From: Azolla caroliniana
Lineage: Eukaryota > Plantae > Polypodiophyta
Reading direction: 5' to 3'
Assembly (NCBI GenBank): GCA_043228905.1
Contig: JBHGNT010000007.1
Span: 22,010,001 to 22,074,000, forward strand
DNA: 64,000 nt
The notes under the pieces were generated by a model that saw only the letters and a list, made by a program, of their open reading frames with translations, made no database searches and had not been told where the DNA came from. Below, piece by piece: positions 49,101 through 61,948 of this stretch (position 1 is its first letter; the number at the start of each line of letters is the position of its first letter). A program made the position numbers and the translations under genes.

Positions 49101-52100
49101 GTCACTAGTTTAACCCTAGGTGAGCCCGAATTCTAAGAGGTGGGGTGGCTTATGAAATCAAGTTTAGATTTCATGTGTACGAATTGATGGAAGTGTCGAA
49201 AATCTCATAATAATTCGACTAGATATCTAGTAGATGAATGAATCGTGGATTGCGATGTAATGATTGTTTTGTGCGTGGGTGTATAGCTCAATGGTAGAGC
49301 AATCGGTTGCAGTTTGATAGATCGCCGGTTCACCCCGGTTGCGCCCTTTCTATTCAAGGAGATTGTGTGTGCCATATACCTAATAGAGTGAACATATCAC
49401 GTACATGAAGAGATGGAGGTTCGTGTGTAACATGACATAATCATTTGACTAGAAGATTGTTGTACATGAATCAATGGAATTCTTGATGTGATATTCATTT
49501 TATGGCCAGGTGTATAGGTAAGTGGTAGAGCAATCGGCTGTAGTACGATAGGTCACCGGTTCAACCCCGGCTGCTCCTGATTTAAGGAGATGTTAAGTCC
49601 AGAACGACATAATAATTCGACTCTACTTCTTCTATACGAATGAGAGGTGTTTCGCAACGTAATGTTTCTTTTGTGTGCGTGTGTAAAGTTTAGTGCTACA
49701 ACAATCGACGTCAGTCTGATAAGTCACTAATTAAACCTGGGGTGACCGCTAATTCTAAGAGGTGAGGTGACTTTCGAAATAAAGTCTAGATTTCATGTAC
49801 ATGAATCGATGGAAGTTTCCTAAATCTCATAATAATTCGTCTGGATATCTAGTAGATGAATGAATGGTGGATTGCGACGTAAAATTTCTTTTGTGCGCGG
49901 TGTATACCTCAATGGTAGAGGAATCAGCTGCAGTTCGATAGGTCACCGGTTCAACCCCAGTCACACAAGGAGATTGTGTGTGCCCTATACCTAATCGAGT
50001 GAGTGAAGATGTGACATACATGAATAGATGGAGGTTTCACCTGATATTTCTCTTGTGGCCCAGTGTATATGTTACTAGTTGAATCTTGGCTACCTTCTGA
50101 TTGAAGGAGATGTCCAAAACGACATGATAATTTGACTCTAGTTTTTCTATATGAATCATTGGAGGTTTGCAACGTAATATTTCATGTGTGCGCAGGTCCA
50201 AAGTTTAGTGCTACAACAATCGGGGTCAATTTCATAGGTCACTAGTTCAACCCCGGGTGAGCCCTAATTCTAAGAGGTGAGGTGGCTTTCGAAATGAAGT
50301 TTAGATTTCATGTGCATGAATCGATGGAAGTGTCCAAAATCTCATAATAATTGGAACGGATATCTAGTAGAGGAATGAATGCGTGGGTGTATAGCTCAGT
50401 GGTAGAGCAATCAGTTGCGGTTTGATAGGTCATTGGCTCAACCCCAGTTGCGCCTTTTCGATTCAAGGAGATTGTGTGTGCAATATACCTAAAAGAGTGA
50501 AGATATCATGTACACGAATGGATGGAGGTGTGTAAAACGACATAATCATTTGACTAGACGATTGTTGTACATGAATCAATGCAAAGTTCGATGTGATATT
50601 TCTTTCGTGGCCGGGTGTATATGTTAGTGGTACAACAATCACCTATAGTACGATAGGTTACTGGTTCAATCCTGGCTACCTTCTGATTCAAGGAGATATC
50701 TGAAAGGAGATGATAATTCGATTGTATTTCTTCTATATGAATCACTAGAGGTTTGCAACGTAATGTTTCTTGTGTGCGTGGGTCTAAAGCTCAGTGGTAC
50801 AACAATCGGTGTTAGTTTGATATGTCACTAGGTTAACCCGAGGTGAGCCCAAATTCTTAGAGGTGGGGTGGCTTTCAAAATCAAGTTTAGATTTCATGTG
50901 TATGAATCAATGGAAGTGTCGAAAATCTCATAAGAATTCTACTTGATATCTAGTAGATGAATGAATGGTGGATTACAACGTAATGTTTTTTTTGTGCGTG
51001 GGTGTATATCCTAGTGGTAGAGCAATTGGTTGCAGTTTGATAGGGTGCCGGTTCACCCCGGTTGCGCCCTTTCTATTCAAGGAGATTGTGTGTGCCATAT
51101 ACCTAATAGAGTGAACATATCACGTACATGAAGAGATGGAGGTTCGTGTGTAAAACGACATAACCATTCGACTAGACGATTGTTGTACATGAATCAATGG
51201 AAAGTTTGATGTGATATTTCTTTTATGGCTAGGTGTATATGTAAGTGGTAGAGCAATCAGCTGTAGTACGATAGGTCACCGGTTCAACCTCGACTGCCTG
51301 TTCATTGAAAGAGATGTGATGTCTAGAACGACATAATAATTCGACTCTACGTCTTCTATATGAATGAGTGGTGTTTTGCAACGTAATGTTTCCTTTGTGT
51401 GCGTGTGTAAAGTTCAATGCTACAACAATTGATTTCAGTCTGATAGGTCACTAGCTCAGCCCCGGGTGACCCATAATTCTAAGAGGTGAGGTGACTTTCG
51501 AAATGAAGTCTATATTTCATGTACATGAATCGATGGAAGTGACGGAAATCTCATAATAATTAGACTGGATATCTAGTAGATTAATAAATGTTGGATTGCG
51601 ACCTAATGTTCTTTTTTATGCGTGGGCATATAGCTCAGTGGTAGAGCAATCGGCTCCAGTCCGATAGGTCACAGGTTCAACCCCAATTGCGTCCTTTTGA
51701 TTCAAGGAGATTGTGTGTGCCATATATCTAATCAACTGAAGATATGATGTACATGAATAGATGGTGGTGTCACGTGATATTTCTTTTGTGGCCGGGTGTA
51801 TATGTAGGTGGTAGAGCAATCGACTGTAGTATGATGGGTCATTGGTTGATTCCTCGCTACGTTCTCATTCAAGGAGATGTCCGAAACGACATGATAATTC
51901 GACTATACTTCTTCTATATGAATCACTGGAGGTTTGCAACGTAATGTTTCTTGTGTGCGCGGGTCTAAAGTTTAATGGTACAACAATCAACGTTAGTTTG
52001 GTAGATCACTAGCTCAACCCCGGGTGAGCCCTAATTCTAAGAGGTGGGGTGTCTTTCGAAATGAAGTTTAGATTTCATGTGCATGAATCGATAGAAGTGT

Positions 52101-53398
52101 CCAAAATCTCATAATAATTCGACTGGATATCTAGTAGATGAATGAATGGTGGATTGCGATGTAATGTTTGTTTTGTGCGTGGGTGTATAGCTCAGTAGTA
52201 AAGCAATCAGTTGCGGTCTGATAGGTCATCGGCTCAACCCCGGTTGCGGCTTTTTGATTCAAGGAGATTGTGTGTGCCATATGCCTAATGGACTGAAGAT
52301 ATCATGTACATGAATAGATGGAGGTGTGTAAAATGACATAATCATTCGACTAGACGATTCTTGTACATGAATCAATGCAAAGTTTGATGTGATATTTCTT
52401 TTGTGGCCGGGTGTATATTTCACATGTATAGCAATCGGCTGCAGTACGATAGGTCACTGGTTTAATGCTGCCTACCTTCTAATTCAAGGAGATGTCCGAA
52501 AGGACATGATAGTTCGACTGTACTTCTTCTATATGAATCACTAGGGGTTTGCAACGTAATGTTTCTTGTGTGCGTGGGTCTAAAGTTCAGTGGTACAACA
52601 ATTAGTGTCTGTTTGATAGGTCACTAGTTTAACCTGAGGTGAGCCCTAATTCTAAGAGGTGGGGTGGCTTTCGAAATCAAGTTTAGATTTCATGTGCATG
52701 AAATGATGGGAGTGTTCAAAATCTCATAATAATTCGACTGAATATCTAGTTACAGAGGAATGAATGTTCGATTGGGACATAATGTTTATTTTGTGTGTGG
52801 GTGTATAGCTTAGTGGTAGAGCAATCAGTTGCGGTCTAATAATAGGTTACCGGCTTAGCCCCGGTTGGGCCTTTTTGATTCAAGGAGATTGTGTGTGCCA
52901 TATGCCTAATGGAGTGAAGATATCACGTACATGAATAGATGGAGGTGTGTAAAGCAACATAATTATTCGACTAGACGATTGTTGTACATGAATCAATGCA
53001 AAGTTCGATGTGATATTTCTTTCGTGGCCGGGTGTATATGTTAGTGGTACAACAATCACCTATAGTACGATAGGTTACTGGTTCAATCCTGGCTACCTTC
53101 TGATTCAAGGAGATATCTGAAAGGAGATGATAATTCGATTGTATTTCTTCTATATGAATCACTAGAGGTTTGCAACGTAATGTTTCTTGTGTGCGTGGGT
53201 CTAAAGCTCAGTGGTACAACAATCGGTGTTAGTTTGATATGTCACTAGGTTAACCCGAGGTGAGCCCAAATTCTTAGAGGTGGGGTGGCTTTCAAAATCA
53301 AGTTTAGATTTCATGTGTATGAATCAATGGAAGTGTCGAAAATCTCATAAGAATTCTACTTGATATCTAGTAGATGAATGAATGGTGGATTGCGAAAT

Positions 53399-54011
53399 TG
53401 TCATGAAGATTTCCGGCTACAGTGAGAAAACCGGGAGGGAGAAATAAAATGGGGTGGTGCAACATTGCACATGCACTTCTAAGTTTTTATAAGGAGAATA
53501 AGATAACAAAGTGTAAAGGTGCACCACGAAGTACGTTCAGGCATAAAGGTGATGTGTACTTTGTAGGGTAGAGAGAGGTACATGAAGAATGAGAGTAGAA
53601 TGAGTAGTGGGCATTGGGAGTGAATGTGATAGGAGAGAGAGAGTTAAGGCCCACCGATTTAAGATCAAGGGAGATACTCCCCATTAAATGAAAGGGGATT
53701 TGACCACTGCCTTTGTATTGTGTCTCACCCCTTACTACTATAAAAGTGAGTGAGGGGTCACTTGTGCAGGGGTTGCCTGTTTTGAGTTTGTAGTCGTTTG
53801 GTTTGGCCTATGTGACCATGGTTGTAATCGTTTGTGGATTCTTAATATAATTTGTTTGTGTAACTTGCTTCCATCTATTTCTTGTTCAATGTTAATGTCT
53901 TATTCTTTCTCCTCTCCACTTGAGCGAAGCTCCCATTTCTCCTCGACTCCCTAGTCCAAGACCCCCTGTTGTCCCGCCTAGGATCCTACACGTACTCGCA
54001 GATTTCCGCAA
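53399..54011. mobile_element. Solo gypsy-type LTR in the satellite
   Basis: Starts TGTCATGAAGATTTCCGGCTA; homologous to 22456-23586; flanked by AAAT on both sides; right terminus degenerate. Confidence 0.8.
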
Positions 54012-55043
54012 AAATGTAATGTTTCTTTTGTGTGTGGGTGTATAGGTCAGGGGTAGAACAATCGGCTGCGGTCTGATAGGTTGCCGGTTTAACCTTGGTT
54101 GCGCCCTTTCTATTCAAGGAGATTGTGTGTGCCGTATACCTAATAGAGTGAACATATCACGTAAATGAAGAGATGGAGGTTCGTATGTAAAATGACATAA
54201 TCATTTGACTTGATGATTGTTGTACATGAATCAATGGAAAGTTTGATGTGATATTTCTTTTATGGCCAGGTGTATATGTAAGTGATAGAGCAATGGGCTG
54301 CAATATGATAGGTCAGTGGTTGAAACCTGGCTACCCTCTGATTCAAGCAGATGTCTGAAAGGATATGATAATTCGACTGTACTTCTTCTATATGAATCAT
54401 TCGAGGTTTGCAACGTAATGTTTCTTGTGTGGGTGTATAGCTCAGTGGTAGAGTAATCGGTTGCGGTCTGATAGGTCCCCGTCTTAACCCCGGTTGCGCC
54501 TTTTTGATTCAAGGAGATTGTGTGTGCCATATGCCTAATAGAGTGAAGATATCACGTACATAAATAGATGGAGGTGTGTAAAACGACATAATCATTTGAC
54601 TAGACAATTGTTGTACATGAATCGATGCAAAGTTTGAGGTGATATTTCTTCTGTGGCCGGGTGTATATGTTAGTGGTAGAGCAATGGGCGGTAGTACGAT
54701 AGGTCACTGGTTGAAACCTGGCTACCCTCTGATTCAAGGAGATGTCCAAAAGGATGTGATAATTCGACTGTACTTCTTCTATATGAATCATTGGAGGTTT
54801 GCAACGTAATGTTTCTTGTCTGCGTGGGCCTAAAGTTCAGTGGTACAACAATCGGCGTGAGTTTGATAGGTCACTAGTTCTACCCCAACTGAGCCCTAAT
54901 TGTAAGAGGTGAGGTCGCTTTCGAAATAAGTTTATATTTCATATGCATGAATCGATGGAAGTGTCCAAAATCTCATAATAATTCGCTGGATATCTAGTAG
55001 ATGAATGAATAGTGGATTGCGACTTAATGTTTCATTTGTGTGT

Positions 55044-55115
55044 GGGTGTATAGCTCAGTGGTAGAGCAATCGGTTGCAGTCCGATAGGTCACTGGTTCAA
55101 CCCCGGTTGCACCCT
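55044..55115 (+). tRNA. tRNA-Cys: tRNA-Cys(GCA) candidate within the satellite
   Basis: GGGTGTA/TGCACCC acceptor, GCTC/GAGC D stem, ATCGG/CCGAT anticodon stem, loop TTGCAGT, U73 discriminator. Confidence 0.6.
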
Positions 55116-56241
55116 TTCTATTCAAGGATATCGTGTGTGCCATATAGCTAATAGAGTGAAGATATCATGTACATTAATAGATGGAGGTTCGTGTATAAAA
55201 CGACATAATCATTCGACTAGAGGATTGTTGTACATGAATAAATGGAAAGTTTGATGTGATATTTCTTTTTTGGCCGGGTGTATATGTAAGTTGTAAGCAA
55301 TCGGTTGTAGTACGATAGGTGACCGGTTCAACCTCGTGTGCCTCCTAATTTAAGGAGATGTCTGGAATGACATAATATTTCGACTCTACTTCTTCTATAT
55401 GAATGAGAGGCATTTTGCAATGTAATGTTTCTTTTGTGCGCGTGTGTAAAGTTCAACGCTAGAGTAATCGGCCAAAGTCTCATAGGTCACTAGTTCAACC
55501 CTAGGTGAGGCCTAATTCTAAGATGTGAGCTGCTTTTCGAAATGAAGTCTAGATTTCATGTAAATGAATCGATGGAAGTGTCCGAAATTACATAATAAAT
55601 CGTCTATATGTCTAGTACATGAATGAATGTTATGTTGCAATGCAATGTTTCTTTTGTGTGTGGGTGTATTGGTTAGTGGTAGAGCAATCGGCTGCAGTCC
55701 GATAGGTCACCGGTTCAACCACGATTGCACCCTGATTGAAGGAGATGGTGGTTGCCATATACCGAATACAGTGAAGATTTCATGTAGCTAAATAGATGGA
55801 GGTGTGGGAAACGACATACTCATTCCACCACACATCTGGTACATGAATCAATGGAAATTTCGACGTGATATTTATTATTTGGTTGGGTGTATATCTCATT
55901 GGTAGAGCAATCAACGATAGTTAGATAGGCCATTGGTTCAACCCCGCCTGCCTCCTGATTCGTGTGGACTTCTTCTATATGAATCAGTGGAAGTTTTCCA
56001 TGTAATGTTTCTTTGGTGCGTGGGTGTAAAGTTTAGTGCTACAACAATCGGTGATGGTTTGATAGGTCACTGATTCAAGCCCGACAAAGCCCTAATTCTA
56101 AGAGGTGAGGTGCCTATCGGAATGAAGCCTGGATTTCATGTACATGATTTGATGGAAGTGTCCGAATTCTTATAATAAATCGACTGCATATCTTCTAGAT
56201 GAATGAATGGTGGATAGCGACATAATGTTTCTTTTGTGCGT

Positions 56242-56313
56242 GGGTGTATAGCTCAGTGGTAGAGCAATCGGCTGCAGTCCGATAGGTCATTGGTTCAACA
56301 CCAATTGCGCCCT
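56242..56313 (+). tRNA. tRNA-Cys: tRNA-Cys(GCA) candidate within the satellite
   Basis: All four stems pair; T-stem ATTGG/CCAAT; loop CTGCAGT; U73. Confidence 0.65.
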
Positions 56314-56481
56314 AATTCAAGGACATAATAATTGGATTAAACGTCTTGTACATGAATCAATGGAGATTTCGATGTGATATTTCTTTTTTGACCGGGTGTA
56401 ATCAATCGATTGGAGTGTCTGAAATCTCGTAATATTTCGACTCGATATCTTGGAGATGAATGAATGGTGAATTGCGACGTA

Positions 56482-56791
56482 GAAGTTACAAATAGTTCCA
56501 TAGCCTATGGAATTTAACAATTTTTTTCTAAAAAGAATAGAATCTGATCTTAGTTTTTCAAGTACAAAGAAAGGGGATACCGAAAAAAAGACGTCAAATA
56601 ATTTAGACTTAACAGCTAATAATTTAGAATTAAAATCAAACAATTTAGATTTAACACCCCTTGGTTTTTTACCCCTACTTGGTCGAGATATTTCTACGAT
56701 CAAATTGGAGAAACATATCCAGAAGTAGTACAGAAAATAAGTGATGAACCAAATTACCCTTTACTCTTATTCTATATATAGATACTTATTG
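56482..56791. other. 310-bp AT-rich foreign insert in the satellite
   Basis: Interrupts gcgacgta|tgtttcttttgtgcgt; contains a 73-aa ORF with three 21-bp repeats (NNLDLTA/NNLELKS/NNLDLTP). Confidence 0.75.
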
Positions 56792-59695
56792 TGTTTCTTT
56801 TGTGCGTGGGTGTATAGCTCAATGGTAGAGCAATCGGGTGCAACCGGTTCAACCTCGTCTCCACTCTTATTCTAGGAGATGGTGGGTGCCATCTACCGAA
56901 TAGAGTGAAGATTTCATGTACATGAATCGATGGAGGAGTGCAAAACGACATATTCATTCGACTAGACCTCTTGGATATCCTAGTGGTAGAGCAATCAGCC
57001 ACAGTACGATACATCACCAATTCCACCCTAGTTACCTCCTGATTTAAGGAGATGTCTGGAACGACATTATAGTTCGACTCTACTTCTTCTATATGAATGA
57101 GTGGCATTTTGCAACGTAATGTTTCTTTTGTGCGCGGGTGTAAAGTTTAGTGCTACAACAATCTGCGTCAGTCTGATAGGTCACCAGTTCAACCCCGGGT
57201 GACCCCTAATTCTAGGAGGTGAGGTGACTTTCGAAATGAAGTCTAGATTTCATGTACATGAATCGATGGAAGTGTCGGAAATCTCATAAATATTCTTCTG
57301 GATATCTAGTATATCAATGATTGCGACGTAAAGTTTTTTTTGTGCGTGGGTGTATAGCTCAGTAGTAGAGCAATATGCTGCAGTCCGATAGGTCACCGGT
57401 TCAACCCAGGTTGCGCCCTTTCGATTCGAGGAGATTGTGTGTGCCATATACATAATTGAGTGAACATATGACGTACATAAATCAATGCAAAGTTTGATGT
57501 GATATATCTTTTGTGGCCGGGTGTATATGTCAGTGGTAGAGGAATTGATTGTAGTACGATAGGTTAGTCGTTGAATCCTGGTTACATTCTGATTCAAGGA
57601 GATGTCCAAAACAACATAATAATTCGATTATACTTCTTCTATATGAATCACTGGAGGTTTGCACTCTAATGTTTCTTGTGTGCGCGGGTCTAAAGATCAA
57701 TGCTATAACAATCGACGTTAGTTTGATAGGTCACTAGTTCAACCCCAGGTGAGCCCTAATTCTAAGAGGTAAGGTGGCTTTTGAAATGAAGTTTAGATTT
57801 CATGTGCATGAATCGATGGAAGTTTCCAAAATCTCATAATAATTCGATTGGATATCTAGTAGATGAATGAATAGTGGATTGTGACGTAATGTTTCTTTTG
57901 TGTGTGGGTGTATAGCTCAGTGGTAGAGCAATCGGTTGCAGTCCGATAGGTCGCTAGTTCAACCCCGGTTGCACCCTTTCTATTCAAGGATATTGTGTGT
58001 GCCATATACCTAATAGAGTGAAGATATCACGTACATGTATAGATGGAGGTTCGTGTATAAAACGACATAATCATTCGACTAGAGGACTGTTGTACATGAA
58101 TCAATGGAAAGTTTGATGTGATATTTCTTTTCTGGCCGTGTGTATATGTAAGTGGTACAACTGTAGTACAATAGGTCACCGGTTCAACCCCGGGTGTCCG
58201 AAATTACATAATAAATCATCTGTATGTCTAGTACATGAATGAATGCTATGTTGCAATGCAATGTTTCTTTTGTGCATGGGTGTATTGCTCAATGGTAGAG
58301 CAATCGGCTGCAGTCTGATCGGTCACCGGTTCAACCCCGATTGCACCCTGATTGAAGGAGATGGTCGTTGCTATATACGGAATACAGTCAAGATTTCATG
58401 TAGCTAATAGATGGAGGTGTGGGAAACGACATACTCATTCCACTACACATCTGGTACATGAATCAATGGAGATTTCGACATGATATTTATTTTTTGATTG
58501 GGTGTATATCTCAATGGGAGAGCAATCGACGGTAGTTGGATAGGTCATCTTTTCAACCCCGGCTGCCTCCGGATACGTGTGGACTTCTTCTATATGAATC
58601 AATGGATGTTTGCCACGTAATGTTTCTTTGGTGCGCGGGTGTAAAGTTTAGTGCTACAACAATCGGTGATAGTTTGATAGGTCACTGGTTCAAGCCCGAT
58701 AGAGGCCTAATTCTAAGAGGTGATGTGGTTGTCGGAATGATATCTAGATTCATTCTAGATGATAAGTCGACTGGATATCTTTAAGATGAATGAATGGTGG
58801 ATAGCGACGTAATGTTTCTTTTGTGGATGGGTGTATAGCTTAATGGTAGAGCAATCGGCTGTAGTCCGATAGGTCATTGCTTCAACACCAATTGCGCCCT
58901 AATTCAAGGACATAATCATTTGACTAGACGTCTTGTACATGAATCAATGGAGATTTTGATGTGATATATCTTTTTTGACCGTGTGTAATCAATTGATTGG
59001 AGTGTCCAAAATCTGGTAATAATTCGGTTTGATATCTTGGAGATGAATGAATAGTGAATTGCGACGGAATGTTTCTTTTGTGCGTGGGTGTATAGCTCAG
59101 TGGTAGAGCAATCGGGTGCAGTCCGATAGATCACCGGTTCAACCTCGGCTGCACTCTTATTCAAGGAGATGGTGGGTGCCATCTACTGAATAGAGTGAAG
59201 ATTTCATGTACATAAATCAATGGAGGTGTGCAAAACAACATATTTATTCAACTAGACCTCTTGGATATGAATCATTGGAGATTTCGACATGATATTTCCT
59301 TTGTACCCGGTCGTATATCTTAGTGGTAGAGCAATCGACAACAGTACGATATATCACCAATTCCACCCTAGTTACCTCCTGATTTAAGGAGATGTCTGGA
59401 ATGACATTATAGTTCGACTCTACTTCTTCTATATGAATGAGTGGCGTTTTGCAACGTAATGTTTCTTTTGTGTGCGGGTGTAAAGTTTAGTGCTACAACA
59501 ATCGGCGTCAGTCTGATAGGTCACTTGTTCCAGCCCGGGTGACCCCTAATTCTAGGAGGTGAGGTGACTTTCGAAATGAAGTCTAGATTTCATGTACATG
59601 AATGAATGGAAGTGTCTGAAATCTCATAATAATTCGAGTGGATATCTATTATATCAATGAATGCGAGATTACGACGTAAAGTTTCTTTTGTGCGT

Positions 59696-59767
59696 GGGTG
59701 TATAGCTCAGTGGTAGAGCAGTCGGCTGCAGTCCGATAGGTCACCGGTTCAAACCTGGTTGCGCCCT
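59696..59767 (+). tRNA. tRNA-Cys: tRNA-Cys(GCA) candidate within the satellite
   Basis: Cloverleaf with only G-T wobbles; B box GGTTCAAACC; loop CTGCAGT. Confidence 0.6.
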
Positions 59768-59798
59768 TTCGATTCGAGGAGATTGTGTGTGCCATATA

Positions 59799-59990
59799 GC
59801 CCGGTTTCCGTCCAAATTTGTTTCCTTTTCCTTGTTTTCACCAGCCTCGACCGGTTTGACCTCCGACATTTCTTTCTATTATCCGTCGCGTAGGTCCTCC
59901 GATTGGGCCCCCAGTCACTCCGATCGCACATCGGAATCTGCCCCTCGCGTGCTGCCTTCATTCCTCCTTTGGCTCGATCGTCCCCTCGTC
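59799..59990. other. ~190-bp GC-richer foreign insert in the satellite
   Basis: Unrelated to the repeat; followed by a rearranged tRNA-unit fragment (tgcagtttgataggt-tagtggtagagc). Confidence 0.7.
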
Positions 59991-60553
59991 TGCAGTTTGA
60001 TAGGTTAGTGGTAGAGCAATCGGCTGCAGTCTGATAGGTCATCGGTTCAACTCCGATTGTGCCCTTTCGATTCGAGGAGATTGTGTGTGCCATATACCTA
60101 ATCGAGTGAAGATATCACGTACATAAATGGAATGCAAAGTTTGATGTGATATTTCTTTTGTGGCCGGGTGTATATGTTAGTGGTAGAGCAATCGGCTGTA
60201 GTACAATAGGTCAGTGGTTGAATCCTGGCTACGTTCTGATTCAAGGAGATGCCCAAAATGACATGATAATTCGAGTGTACTTCTTCTATATGAATCACTG
60301 GAGGTTTGGACTGTAATGTTTCTTGTGTGCGTGTGTCTAAAGTTCAGTGCTACAACAATCGACGTCAGTTTGATAGGTCACTAGTTCAACCCCGGGTGAT
60401 CCCTAATTCTAAGAGGTGAGGTGCCTTTCGAAATGAAGTTTAGATTTGATGTGCATGAATCGATGAAAGTGTCCAAAATCTCATAATAATTCGACTGGAT
60501 ATCTAGTAGATGAATGAATGGTAGATTGCGACGTAATGTTTTTTTTTGTGCGT

Positions 60554-60625
60554 GGGTGTATAGCTCAGTGGTAGAGCAATTGGCTGCAGTCTGATAGGTC
60601 GCCGGTTCAACCCCGGTTGCACCCT
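60554..60625 (+). tRNA. tRNA-Cys: tRNA-Cys(GCA)-like A unit with a weakened anticodon stem
   Basis: Intact A and B boxes and GCA anticodon; two G-T pairs in the anticodon stem. Confidence 0.45.
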
Positions 60626-61948
60626 TTCTATTCAAGGAGATGGTGTGTGCCATATACCTGATAGAGTGAAAATATCAGTACACGAATAGATGGAGGTTCG
60701 TGTTTAAAACGACATAATCGTTCGACTAGACGATTGTTGTACATGAATGAATGGAAAGTTTGATGTGATATTTCCTTTACGGCCGGGTGAAAATCCAAGT
60801 GGTAGAGAAATCAGATGTACGACAGGTCAACGGTTCAACCGGTATTGCCTCCTGATTTAAGGAGATGTCTGGAACGACATAATAATTCGACTCTACTTCT
60901 TCTATATGAATGAGTGGGGTTTTGCAACGTAATTTTTCTTTTGTGCGTGAGTGTAAAGTTCAATGCTAGAGTAATCAACCAAAGTCTCATAGGTCACTAG
61001 TTCAACCCTGGCTGAGCCCTAATTCTAAGATGTGAGGTGCCGTTCGAAATGAAGTCTAGATGTCATGGACATGATTTGATGGAACTATCCAAAATTAAAT
61101 AATAAATCGTTTGGAAGTCTAGTACATGAATGAATACTATGTTATGACACAATTTCTTTTGTGTGTATCTAAGTGGTAGACCCGCACTGTAATGTTTCTT
61201 GTGTGCGCGGGTCTAAAGTTCAGTGCTACAACAATCGATGTCAGTTTGATAGGTCACTAGTTCAACCCCGGGTGAGCCCTAATTTTAAGAGGTGAGGTGG
61301 CTTTCGAAATGAAGTTTAGATTTGATGTGTATGAATCGATGGAAGTGTCCAAAATCTCATAATAATTTGACTGGATATCTAGTAGATGAATGAATGGTGG
61401 ATTGCGACGTTGTCGTGCCTTTCGGCTCCGGATCATTGCGTGAGTCGGGTGGGAACTGCCGAGGTTTTGGACTAGGAGGAAGAGGAATACAACTTAAGGC
61501 TAGTTATGAATAGTAGAAAGAGAAGTAAGATAGCAATCTCGTGAATCCCACGAGTTTAGTGTATTTAAATCAATATTTAGATTATAAGAGTAATTTAGAT
61601 GGCAAAATTCGTGAATCCCACGAATATATTAGATTGATCAATCCTTGTATATTAATCAACAACCTTATACATATTTCTCTCCTCCTTATATAAAGATGGA
61701 AGAGGCTAAGCATGGCTTCATGCTCTTTCACCAAAAGTGTCCATGCACACTAAATATGCATGTGATGCTTTGTCATTTCCTAAGTATAGGGCTCATGCAC
61801 GCTAGATGCGCATGAGTCACTTTTAATGTCACGTGTAAATAAAATATTCACACCCTAAAGAGTACATGATTTTTACCTTTTAATAAAGGTATGTGTAAAT
61901 AAAGGTCTTATACGTATTAAATCTATATGTATAATACTAAAGATAAGT

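Larger units (their letters stand above)
48911..61410 (+). repeat. tRNA-Cys-derived higher-order satellite, block 2
   Basis: A-B-C trimers of ~600 bp (e.g. A 52181, B 52409, C 52576, A 52799); diagnostic variants recur at 27584, 56391 and 58978, implying a larger ~2.5-3 kb period. Confidence 0.95.

Noticed and set aside
25532-61410. CRISPR-like repeat-spacer appearance and recurring short ORFs (MIHIEE...) in the satellite
   Set aside because: Spacers are homologous to one another, repeats are tRNA-derived, there are no cas genes, and the ORFs are antisense readings of the repeat.
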